A DNA stretch of 35,476 nucleotides from Thraustochytrium aureum (taxonomy: Eukaryota), in contig BLSG01000381.1 in the NCBI GenBank assembly GCA_012862495.1, positions 1 to 35,476 of the forward strand, written 5' to 3'. Under the pieces are notes generated by a model. That model had not been told where the DNA came from. It did not search any database and saw nothing but the letters and a program-made list of their open reading frames with translations. Made by a program: the position numbers and the translations under genes. Of this stretch, positions 11,535-22,051 are shown one piece after another. Position 1 is the first letter of the stretch, and every line of letters starts with the position of its first letter.

Positions 11535-14500
11535 CTAGTTTGGCTGCACCAGCTCAAGCACACACAGCTGGTGCGACCTGTCAAAGGCGGCCAAAACCGG
11601 CCTGTCCGCGGCCACCGCGCTGGCCTCGACCCTCGAGTCACACGTGAAACCTGGCAAGGACGGCCTCCCGACCCCGTCAAGAACCGTCACCATCCTGGCG
11701 CCATCCAGCAGCACCGGCGCTTTCAACTCTTGCTTTGCCAGTAGCGTCGCTGCGACCTCGTCTTGCACCAGCTCGCCCGTAGCCATCGACCAGACCAGCA
11801 CGCGACCCAAAAAGTCACGAGACACAACTCGACTTTCGTCACGCGAAAGAGCCACGGCCTCGATCCAACCAGTGTGCCCTCGAAGGCGCCACAGCTCCTG
11901 GCCGGTGCCTGCCTTCCACACCCGCACGGTCTTGTCATGGCTCCCTGACACGATGAGCTCCCCGTTGCGCGACAGGTCCACAGCCATTACCCAGCCCGTG
12001 TGGCCCTCGAGTTGCCCGAGCTCCTCGCCAGTGCTCACCTTCCAGACTTGCACGCTCTTCTTGTGGCTGCTCACGGACACCACGCGCTCCCCGTCGAGCG
12101 AAATGGCCACTGCTCCCACTCCAGAGGCGAGCCCCTTGATGCACCGCAGCTCAAGGCCGGTCGTGGCGTCCCACACCCGCACTGTGCAATNNNNNNNNNN
12201 NNNNNNNNNNNNNNNNNNNNNNNNNNNNNNNNNNNNNNNNNNNNNNNNNNNNNNNNNNNNNNNNNNNNNNNNNNNNNNNNNNNNNNNNNNNNNNNNNNNN
12301 NNNNNNNNNNNNNNNNNNNNNNNNNNNNNNNNNNNNNNNNNNNNNNNNNNNNNNNNNNNNNNNNNNNNNNNNNNNNNNNNNNNNNNNNNNNNNNNNNNNN
12401 NNNNNNNNNNNNNNNNNNNNNNNNNNNNNNNNNNNNNGTACCTCCTGGCCGGTCTTGGCGTCCCAAGTCCGAATAGTATTGTCATCACTTCCGGATATGA
12501 TTCGCTCCCCGTCCAGCGAAAGGGCAACAGCGAGGACAAAACCGGTGTGCCCCTCGATGCGCCCGACTTGGGCACCAGAATTTGCGTCCCAAATACGCAC
12601 GGTTTTGTCGTGGCTCCCTGACACAATGCGCTGGCTGTCGCGCGAGAGAACCACAGCGAGTACCCAGCCGGTGTGCCCCTCGAGGCGATGGAGCTCCCGG
12701 CCGGCGCTGGCATCCCAGACGCGCACGGTGTGGTCATGGCTTCCTGACACAATGCGCTCGCCGTCGCGCGAAAGCGCTACGGCGCTGACACCATAGTCAT
12801 GGCCTTCAAGGCGCCCGAGCTCCTGGCCAGAGCTGCTGTCCCAAACCCGAATGCCCTGGTCCTCGCTCCCAGAGACGATGCGCTCACCGCTGTGCGAGAG
12901 AGCGAGGGCCCACACCGCAGCGGTGTGACCCTCGAGGCGACGGATCGCCTGGCCAGAGCTCGCATCCCACACAACGACGGTCTGGTCGCCACTCCCAGAG
13001 ATGATCCGCTGCCCGTCTCGCGACACGGCGATGGCGTACACAGGGCCGCTATGCTCCTCAAGGCGCTGGATTTCTTGGCCAGTGCTGCCGTCCCAGGTCC
13101 GCACAGTGTGGTCGTCGCCGCCAGAGACGATGCGCCCTCCGTCGCGCGGCGAAACGGCCACGGCCCAAACTTCTGCTGAGTGGCCTTTGAGAACCTTTCG
13201 AAGCGGATCGCTGGCGGGCCTGAGGCATGGGCGAACGGGGCGCAGCCAGCTCAAGCCGGGGAAACGAAAATGGCGCGCTTGGTCGACGAGAGGGTGGCCC
13301 TCAGGGAGCCGCCCCACAAGTTGGCTTGGGAGCTCGCGCCAAGAGCACTCGTCCCGAGCGACGACCTCCAGGCTCTTCTCCACGGCGCGCGCGGCGAGCT
13401 TGGCGGGCACCGCAAGCCCGTCAGCCCGGTCGGCGTCCGCCACAAGCTGCGCGGCGGCCCCACCTTCGGCCACCCGGAGTAGCCAGGCCAAGTCCAGCAG
13501 CTGGTCGGCCGCAGCCTTCCACTGGTTGCTCTCGATGAGGTGAAACAACAAGTGGAAATGACCGAACGCCAGAGGCTCGGCCTGACCGCTTTGCAGCGCG
13601 TGCGCGAGGCGTTTGTGGCCATGCTTGACATCCACAGCGAAGAGTTCCTCATGGTACGCCGCGCCCGGCGCCTTTATCTCGCCCGCGCGCTCGTCGTCCA
13701 GCAGAAAGTCGCTCATCGACTTGTGAATGAAGGCGACCGATTCCTCACGCACGTCCAAGAAGACTCTTGCTTTTCGCAGAAAGACCCGCTGCGCCTTTCC
13801 GTCGTTGCCCAGCAGCTGCCGAACAACGACGAGCGGGAGCGGCTCGCGGGCGACGGCCATGCTCCCGAAAAGAGCTTGGTACTTGCCGTAGTCGCCCTTG
13901 AGCGGGCCCTCGAGGAACCGCAGGAAGTTTTTGCGGTACATGTCGTCCAGGCCGTCTGGGAACGAACCGCTGTCGTCCTGCAGCTGCTTGAGCGTCACCG
14001 TATGAGGGGTCACAACCTGCGAGTTGCTCGACGATAAACCGAGCGTACAAAAAGAGGCCCTTGGCACGATTTGCAAGTAGCTCCAATGCTGGCGCCAGCT
14101 CTTGATCGGGGCTCTTCAAATACCGCTCGAGCTTGGCGCGCAGTAGGCTCTTGACGTCCTCCGCATTGTCCTGCTCGCTGAGCTCAAACACGCGCGGCTG
14201 GAACTTGCCCAACTCGATCCGAATCGAGTCCTCCGGCCGCGCAGAGACCAGCAGGCCGAGCCACTCAGGGGCGAGCTCGGCCCACTCGGTCTTGATGATT
14301 TTCACCATCGCGTCTTTGTCCGTGGCTGCCACTTCGTCAAGCGCATCCAAGACGACCACAACGGTCTGCTTTGGCTCTGGCACGGCCCGGCATGGCACGG
14401 CAATCACCATATCAAACAACTTTACAAGATCGCTGATCTCGTCCAGCTCTGCGCGCTTCAGGGCTCGCAGCTCCGCTTTCAGCCCGGGCACGATGCCTGC

Positions 14501-15448
14501 GAGCTGGTTGGCGACCGAGTACAGGCAGGTGCGCGCGCTGGCGGCGCCAACGTCGTCAAACTTGAAAAAGTGAGCGGCGCCAACGAGCAGCGACTTGCTC
14601 TTTCCGGCGCTCCAGCGGCGCGGGTCAAAGCTGAACCGCTTCGAGGCGCGGTTGCCCGCCTGCTTGGACTCGCGCTTGGTGAGTAGGCCGCCTTCGTGGC
14701 AGAGCTTGGCCATCAGCACCGACTTGCCAAACCCGGCGGGGCCGAGAAACACCATTGCGCGGCGCTTCTTCTTCAGGAGGTCATCCTTGTACCAGCGACG
14801 CACATCCCGGAACACCGCCTTTCGCGTGCCCTCTTCGTAGTCGCTTGCCTTGATCTGCGCGGTTCGCAGCGGGTTGAAACCCGCGGGGAGTCTGAAGATT
14901 TCGCCCAGCTTGGCTTGGTCGACAGCAGTCAGAGCCGCCGGCGAACGCAAGGCTACGGGCTTGGCAACGTCTTCTATGATGGCGGCTAGGCCCGCCATGG
15001 TCTCCTCAAAGCTAGAATTCAGCTTTTGGAAGAGCACCTCGCCAAGCCCGACGCCGATCTTGCGCTCCCAGTTGCGCTGGTTGGCCAGCGCGTCAGAGGC
15101 AACGAGCGGCACGATCTTGCCGGCCTTGCGCTTCGCCGCGTACCGAAACTCGCGCTTGCAGTTGTCGTCGTCGTCGCCAAAGTTGACCTTGCGCGCGTAC
15201 TCGTCGGTCAGCAGCGCGACGACAACATCGGCGTCATCGATAGCGTCCGCCATAGCGTCCACAATATCCCCGCCGGCGAGCGACTTTCGGTCGTACCACA
15301 CTTGCCAACCCTTGTTTTGCTCCATCCAGGCTGCGGCCGCGCTCACAATGTCCTTCGTCGACCTGCCATCGACAACGGACTTCCATTCGTACGAGATCAT
15401 GATCTTTTTCGGGGCCGCCGAGCCCTGACCCCTCGCGGCGTCCGCCAT
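11535..15448 (-). CDS. NLR-like STAND protein: N-terminal TIR, central NACHT-type NTPase, helical region, C-terminal WD40 repeats; +1 frameshift at 14006-14009 and N-gap 12191-12437
   Basis: TIR: IMISYEW...QVWYD...MADAIDDADVVVALLTDEY...DNCKREFRYA...IVPLV. Walker A GPAGFGKS, Walker B VVVVLDALDE, LLVSARPE, GLFLYARF, FPDGLDDMY. At least 10 GH...WD repeats. Removing one C from GACCCCTCAT (minus strand) joins the two ORFs as ...LAGCDPHTVTLKQL... Confidence 0.92.
11762..13191 (-). repeat. Tandem ~126-bp (42-aa) WD40 repeat array, about 11-12 units including those lost in the gap
   Basis: Consensus LEGHtgwVxAVAlSrDGeRIvSGShDkTVRVWDasTGqEl; six near-complete units before the gap, one partial plus three after. 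Confidence 0.9.
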
Positions 15449-15821
15449 CGCGCGCGTCTCCCTCCTCACTCTCCCGTGCGCGTTCGGCCTTCGGCCACTG
15501 CTGCTGCTCGTGCTCGTGCTCGTGCACACCAGCGCAATCTACTAGTACTCTACTACTGTACCTACCGACGCTCGCTCGTCACGTCACGACACCCCCGCAG
15601 ATGACGTGTCAACGGTCCACTTCATCACGTGGGGCCCCTGGTGACGAGAGCGGACACAGGGCTCGCGGTCCGAGGAGGTCAGGGCGCTTCTCGCGAGGCC
15701 TGAACGCGCGGGCGCGGCGGCCGCGGGCACCAGGACCGTCGCTGGACAGAGCTAGCTAGCTAGCGCCACGCCCCTCGCAGCAGCGCGAGCCTGGGCCGGC
15801 GAACCGGGCGCGGCGGCCGCC
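15449..15821. promoter_or_regulatory. Putative bidirectional promoter between the TIR-NACHT-WD40 gene and Sec5
   Basis: 373 bp between divergent ATGs. Contains a TACT-rich island (15539-15567) and clustered GTCACG/TGACGT/CACGTG motifs (15578-15631). Confidence 0.55.
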
Positions 15822-18800
15822 ATGTTTAGCCAGGGGCTCTCCGTGCTAATCCAGGCGCAGGTCGAAGACCTGCTGGACGGGATACAGCCGACGAGCGGGT
15901 TTGCCGCCGGGAACAAGCGCAAGAAGGCGATCGCAAAGTTTGGCGAGTTTTACTTTGGTAGCGAGCAGCCCGAGCTCAGCGTGGCGCAAGTCCAGCTCGC
16001 GCTGGTCGGAGACTTTGCAACCAACAACGACAGCGGTGGCGCGGCGCCGTTGCGCCGCAGAACAGGCCTCGTGCATCTCTGCGGCCTCGTGCGGCGCCGG
16101 AAGGAGCAAGGGCCGCCCCGCCCTCACGCAGAGCGCCACGGTGGCCATCGAGCTGCTGGACAAGATTATCAACGTCCGTGTGGACCTGTCCACGTCCGCG
16201 CTCTTTCGCGAGGAGTTTGCGCGCCTGCCGCTCTCGCTCCTCTCGCTCGTGAGCTTTGACCTGCACGTCCTTGGCCGCTCGCGCCGCGCCGCCTTCCGCC
16301 TTCTCTCTTGCGTGCTCTCCTACCGGCGCTCCAAAGAGGCAGACCGCGCCGACCGACTCACCAGCGACGAGCCTGACACGCTAGACGCCCTCATCAAGGA
16401 TGACACTGCGCACGACCTCTTGTCGAGTGGGAGGGTGACGTCGATCAAGTCGAAGACGACGAGCAGGCCGCCGGCGAGCTCCCCCCGGAGGAGTGGGATC
16501 ACGTAATGATCGCCGACCACTCGGACGACGACGAGCTCGCCCAAGAGAGCATCACGCGCCGCCTTTTACAGGCCGTGCACGACGAGGCGCGCCTCGAGTC
16601 AGGCCCCGGCGCGCCCTTAACAGATCTATCTTCAAAAGGCCCATCGGGCGGCCTGGTGTCTTACCGCTCAACGGGTGCTGGAGGAGACGCAGCCGCTGTG
16701 CGGGATCCGCTGGGCATCCGACCCGAGGACCTACGCCAGCTCGAGCTCGGCGCTCGGGCGCAGCCCCGGGCCCAGCAGCTCGCGCCTCGGCTGGCCGACA
16801 GTGGGCTCTCCAACGACGAGCCCACAGACGCCGAATTGGAGGCCGCGATGTTGGGCGCGGCCGTGCCGCCCCCAGCGCTCCACGTGCAAACGCCTGCAGG
16901 GTCAAATACCGCTAGCATGCGGGGCCTTCCGCCCACCGCGCCGGGCACCCCCACAGGGAAGAAGAGCCGTCGCTCCCGAATCAAAACCTTCCTGCTGCGG
17001 CGCAAAAAGGGCGCCAAGGAAGACCAGTCCGACGGGGCGGCATCCGAAGGGCCGTCCCGCTCCCGCTCCAACTCGGCGGCCTCGCTCAGCGAGCTGATGG
17101 GGGGCACAGCCTCTTCGCCGAGCCTCTCTCCTGCCGCCTCTTCGCCCGGCCTTTCGCCAAGGACGCCAGCGCCCCGCGCCAGCCTACCGAAGCCCGCAAG
17201 CGCGGCCGCGCCGCCGGCCGCCGAGTCCGCGTCGCGCCCACCGATTCCTCAACACGTCCAGGACGAGGTGCTCCGCCGCATCTATGCCCACGCTGGCGCC
17301 ACCAAACCCACCTCGGGCGCAGGGACCGGGGCCCTCTCCATCCTGCCCACATCGGAGCGCTTCAACACAAGCCTCTACATGTGGCGAGTGCATGCCACCA
17401 CTCCGCTCGACGACCTCGTCGCGGGGCTCGGCAACCTCGAGGCCGACAACGAGGACCAAAAGTCTCGCATGAAGGCCCTCGTGCTGGAAAACTTTGAAGA
17501 ATTTGTGCACTGCCGCCAGACCATCGGCCATATCCAGTCCCTCATGCAGCAGGAGGTTGCCTCCGACAAGGCCCTCAAAGCACCAAGCAATCGTCGCCAG
17601 AACCGGGCAAAGTCTTCGGCCACTGCCGCCGGAGCTGCGGCCGCGGCGGCCGCAGGGGCCGCCAATGAGCTCGCGAGCTCCTCCAGGATCGAGCGCATCG
17701 ACCAGGCGCTCTCCAAGGCGCATGCCACTGCTAGCACCCACTTTGACCCGCTTCTGCAAAAGCGCAAGCGCGTGCGCAAGCTCCGCCGTGCAGCAGAGAT
17801 GCTAAAGCGCCTGGAGTACCTCTGGCAGCTCCCCTTGCAATTGCGCAAGCTCATGGCCGAGCGCCGCTGGATCGAGGCGGTGATCGAGTTTGCCAACGCC
17901 GGCCAGCACCTCGCCGTCCTGGAGGAGGAGCACGACCCTCGCGATCGCAGCGAGGACGACGGCACGGGCCAGACAGGGCCTGTCGGCGGGCCCGCCAGCC
18001 GCGGCGCGTCGTTTACCAAGGATGCCGTGCGTGACCTAGCAGCATGTGGCGCGGCGCTCTGTGACGCCCTGCTCGCCAAGCTCGTCTGCCCGATTGACCT
18101 CAAGCCTGCCGCCGCGGTGGCCTCGCCAAACAACCCCTCTGCCGGGGCGGCGCATATCAAGCGCAGCACGAGTGAGGCCCTGCACGGCGACCAGCACGGC
18201 TCCTTGCTCTGCACAGAGGCCCTCAGTCTTTTGCTGGAGATGCGCGACCACGTTCCACCGGCTAGCGCTCTGTACAAGCGCCTAGCGAAGGACGGGGACC
18301 CGTTTTTGGTGCTCGCCAAGTCCCAGAGCGGCCACGCCCGGCGCGAGCTCGCCGAAACTGCGTCCGTCGCGCTCGCGTCCCCGCGTGTCGACGCGTATTC
18401 AGAGGCCGACTTGGCTGCTTCCAGCGCAGCGCGCCTCGCCGCCGTTCGTCGCGCCGTTCTCGTCGCTCACGAGTACCTTGCTGTGTGGGAGGACGCGCGC
18501 GTTTGCCTCGACCCATCAAGTGCCGCCGGAAACAAGGAGCACATCTTCGACGTGCTCAACCGCGTGCGCGGAGACGGATATGAGGATCTCCGTGACCAGC
18601 AGTTCGGCAAGCGACCGGAAGGCGGCGCTCTAGACGAGGACGACCCGCTCGCCGCTGACCCCCTGCAGCAGCGGCGGATGCGCCGCACGGGCTCCGTCGA
18701 CCTCCTCTTCGACATCCGCAAGCGATCGGCCGCCAACTGCTCGCTGGAGGACCTTGCTGAGCGGCGCAAGGCGAGCGACGCCATGGCGCTGCATGTCGTT

Positions 18801-20198
18801 GCCGATTTCGCGCATGCGCTGCGCAGTCTCGTCAACGCATCGCGCGAGGCTGGCGCCCTAGCAGATGCCATGCTCCTCGTGCGCGAGGGCCTGCGCCTCG
18901 TTCGCCGCGCCAAGGTCAAGGGTGCTCTCAACGCTGCAATGCACGCTCGCTCGCGGCGCATTCGGCAGCTCGAGTCGGAGCTGGCAGCCCATGCCGCGGC
19001 GGCGGCGCCTGCCTCGTCCGGCCCCCCACAGGCCCTGGAGCTAGACGTGGAGGCGGCGAAAGCAGAGCTAGAACGGATCCGCCGCAACGGGGACGCGGCC
19101 TCCGTGTGCGAAGAGCTCGCAGATAGCCTCGTCGCCGACCGGCTTGGCTCCCTCGTTGCCGCTGTCGAGGCGCGCGTGGTCAACGCCGGCGCCAGCCCCG
19201 GCTCAGGCGATGGGCCCGTGCTGGCCCTTGCCGTGAGCGCGCGCGAGTCGCCGCAGCTGGGCTTTATTGTCTTTCTGATCGGTGGGGTGCGCGCCGCGCT
19301 TCGCGACGTGCGCGGCTTGCTGCGCTCCCCCGAGGGCCTCGCCGCCTGGCGCGAAGGGTTTCTGCGGCAGGTCGCCGTCGCGAGTAGCAAAGCCCTCACA
19401 AAGTGCATCAAGTACCTCTACGAGTGGATCGCCAAGGTGTCCAAGGCGGCGGCGGCAACAGACATCATCCCGGTGCTCTTCGCGGACTGCCACTTTTGCC
19501 GTGTCAAGTACGTCGACGAGATGCAACGCGCGCTGCAAGAGGCCACCGACCCGGACTTTAGGCTCGCCACAAAGAGCAAGGAAACGCTCGCGCAGCAGCT
19601 CAAACGGCAGCTGCAGCGCCTCGAAGAGGCGCTCATGACGCAGTATGTGCAGCAACGCGGCACAGCCATCAAGGACCTCGTCGAGGAAGCGCTCGCCTTT
19701 GACGATAATCTCGCCGACTGGCCCAACCCGCCGACGGCCGTTCGGCACTACGCGCTCGAAGTGCTCCTGCACTTTGCCAACGTGGTCGCCGAGTGCGCGC
19801 ATCGCGTCGGGGAGGACGGCTCGCGCCAGCTCATTTGCGGCCTCACCAGGCGCCTCGCCGTCGCGTTCGCCGCCGGCATCGCAGACCGCGAGCGTGCGCT
19901 CGCTGCGAGCCCAGGGGCCGTGGTCCAGTTGCAGGCAGAGCTCGCGTTTTTCAGGCGCGTCCTCGCGCTCTACGAGACGCCCAAGGCGGCTGAGGGCTTT
20001 GACCGCGCAGTCGAGCTCCTGGACGGTGCTTACGGCAACGACGAAGAGCAGCGCACGCCGAGCGACCGCCGCGCTGTGCAGACAATGGTCGACGCCATGA
20101 TGGGCAACTACCAGCTCATAAACGCGCTGTCCCCGGGTTCGGTGCTCGCTCGGCGCGACTCGAACCCGCCTGTGCCGCAGGCGCTCGCTTCGCGTTGA
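15822..20198 (+). CDS. SEC5: Exocyst complex component 2 (Sec5) with long N-terminal extension; two compensating frameshifts (+1 near 16116-16119, -1 near 16420-16421)
   Basis: Sec5/Vps51-like N-terminal motif SILPTSERFNTSLYMWRVHATTPLDDLVAGLGNLE...MKALVLENFEEFVHCRQTI; C-terminal PTAVRHYALEVLLHFANVVAE and QLQAELAFFRRVLALYETP. Three overlapping ORFs (15822, 15901, 16506) join into one protein. Confidence 0.85.
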
Positions 20199-20374
20199 GC
20201 TTCTCGCCAGGGCGCCAAGCGCACAGTTGAAGCGAAAAGCGAGCTTGCTTGCCTTCAGTAGCAGAGACGAGGAACGAGCTTGTAGGTTTTTATATGAGTG
20301 GCAACGGTGAAGGGTTCCCTGGCAGTCGCCCAAAACAAGGCAGCCCCTTGCCCAGACGCGCGCCGTGCAGCGCG

Positions 20375-21162
20375 CTAAGCAGTTTCAATGCTATCCTCGC
20401 CGGGACCGCTCTCCAGCCCGGAGCCATCAGAATCAGATTTGCGGCCAGCCTCTTCAGAAATAAGCGGCTCGAACTCGGGCCCTTCGCCTGTCCCGTACGA
20501 GCCGTGGCTTGTCAAGTATGCTTCACGAGCGCCAAGCCCAACGCCGAAGGCCATAAGAGCCAAGAAGGCCACGGCCACTTCAAACGCGAGCCCGAGCGAA
20601 TAGGTGCTCGATGCTCCAGCGCTCGGGTTTGCCAACAGGCAGGCCAGAGGACCGAGTTGCCCGGGCGAGGTGCTGTCGCAAGCGCCTCCAGGACAAGCTG
20701 CAGCGCACGCCGTGGCAGGGTCTGCGCGCACAGGTTGCACAAACCCCAGGTAGACCGAAAAGGCGATCACGGCGCTCGTAAACCCCCACCAGCTGTTGCC
20801 CATCACCGACTTCCACAACTCGCCGTGCCCTGCAGAGGCTGCGAGGCTCATTGCCCAGCCCAAAAACGTATAAATGAGAGCCAGGCACGCAAAGGCGCGC
20901 GTCGCGTTGAAAAACGGATCCACGCTAGCATACTCGAACCTGATCGTCGGCCCGGTCTGCGGCGCCACCTTGGCAAACCCAAATACAAGCGCACCTCAAC
21001 CGTTGCGTTCCCCTCTGCGACCGCCAGCCCGGCGTGGTCGCCGCCCAGTCCAAGCACCAAGGCCTGAGCCCCCTTTGCGACAACCACAATCCACGGCTCT
21101 GCCACGGCGACCACCGCGCAGCCCAGCGCAAGCGTGGTCACCAGCAGGTCAACATTGAGCAT
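20375..21162 (-). CDS. Four-TM membrane protein, claudin/amastin-like; -1 frameshift near 20975-20983
   Basis: N-terminal TM ending in PW, YxG motif in loop 1, TM2 (TRAFACLALIYTFLG), TM3, Cys-rich loop, YSLGLAF before TM4, acidic cytosolic tail. Confidence 0.6.
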
Positions 21163-21351
21163 TTTCCTGCGCCTCCTTCAGCGGAACCCAAAGCACACGG
21201 CCGCGAGCCCGGGTCCAGCCAGGCGCGCGTGGCGTTCGTGCACGAGGCCACGAGCCCGACGAGCAAGAGTGCCTGCACGCGTACGTCCCCGCGTACGCGC
21301 GGGCGGGACTCGAACGTGGTCTGCCTGTCCTGCGACAACAAGCCCGTTATC

Positions 21352-21371
21352 CCTCTATACGCGTATAGAGG
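21352..21371. repeat. Perfect 20-bp palindrome CCTCTATACGCGTATAGAGG
   Basis: Sequence equals its own reverse complement. Confidence 0.9.
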
Positions 21372-21427
21372 ACCCGTTCATTCCTGGGTTCGTATTGTTC
21401 GCAATGCAATGCAATAAATTCAGTAGC

Positions 21428-21527
21428 TGTTCTTTCTGTTCTTATTGTTCCTCGTGTTCTTTGTGTTCTTTCTGTGGTTTTTCTTTCTGTTCTATGTGTT
21501 CTTTATTGGTTCTGTTTGCTCTTTTGA
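21428..21527. repeat. Degenerate 9-bp minisatellite (TGTTCTTTN)n, AT-rich
   Basis: tgttctttc tgttcttat tgttcctcg tgttctttg tgttctttc ... tgttctatg tgttcttta. Confidence 0.8.
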
Positions 21528-21604
21528 TCCGTTGCGGCGCGGAGCATGAAGACTTGATGAACGAGAGACGCCTTTTGCTCAGTTTGGTTGCGAGTGCAGT
21601 CCGC

Positions 21605-21700
21605 GCAGCAGCAGCAGCGAGCGGTCAGTGGACAGTGGCAAGCAGCAGCAGCGCCGGTGGTGGCAGCAGCACCAGCACCAGCACCATCGACAACACCAGT
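21605..21700. repeat. (GCA)n / (ACCAGC)n low-complexity tract
   Basis: gcagcagcagcagc, gcagcagcagc, accagcaccagcacc. Confidence 0.7.
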
Positions 21701-22051
21701 ACCGCTGGTGCTGCAGGCTGAACGAATTGTCGGCCAACGCGTCAGAGGCTGCTGCAGAGAGGCGGTGCAGGCAGCTGGTTTGCTGCTCGCGCCGCTGCTC
21801 CCTTCCAGCGGGCGAGCAGAGACGCCGAACGTGCTCGAGGCCGGTGTGCAGCGGGCGGGCGCCGTGCGAATCTGTCAAGGGGTTTGCGCAAGAACTCCGG
21901 GTCGGCGGCTGCGAAAGCATCCAAGGCTGGGGAGGCGATACGCGCACAGGCCGACGCTGCGGCTGTGGCGCGCGGTGACGCGCGAAACCAGAAACTATTT
22001 CAAAGGACGGCTCGCTGAAAGGCGGGCGCAGAGCGCGGGGGCCGGCCAACG

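Noticed and set aside
11762..13191. Regularly spaced repeats as a CRISPR-like array
   Set aside because: They are in-frame 126-bp protein-coding WD40 units in a eukaryotic gene; no cas genes.
14000..14012. Programmed +1 ribosomal frameshift (CCC-U) regulating NLR sensor fusion
   Set aside because: Similar homopolymer indels in both directions occur in unrelated housekeeping genes with no shared slippery motif; sequencing error is more parsimonious.
21134..21721. Cys-rich ORF (CSFCSYCSSCSLC) as a metallothionein or zinc-finger protein
   Set aside because: It is a translation artefact of the 9-bp TGTTCTTTN minisatellite and GCA repeats.
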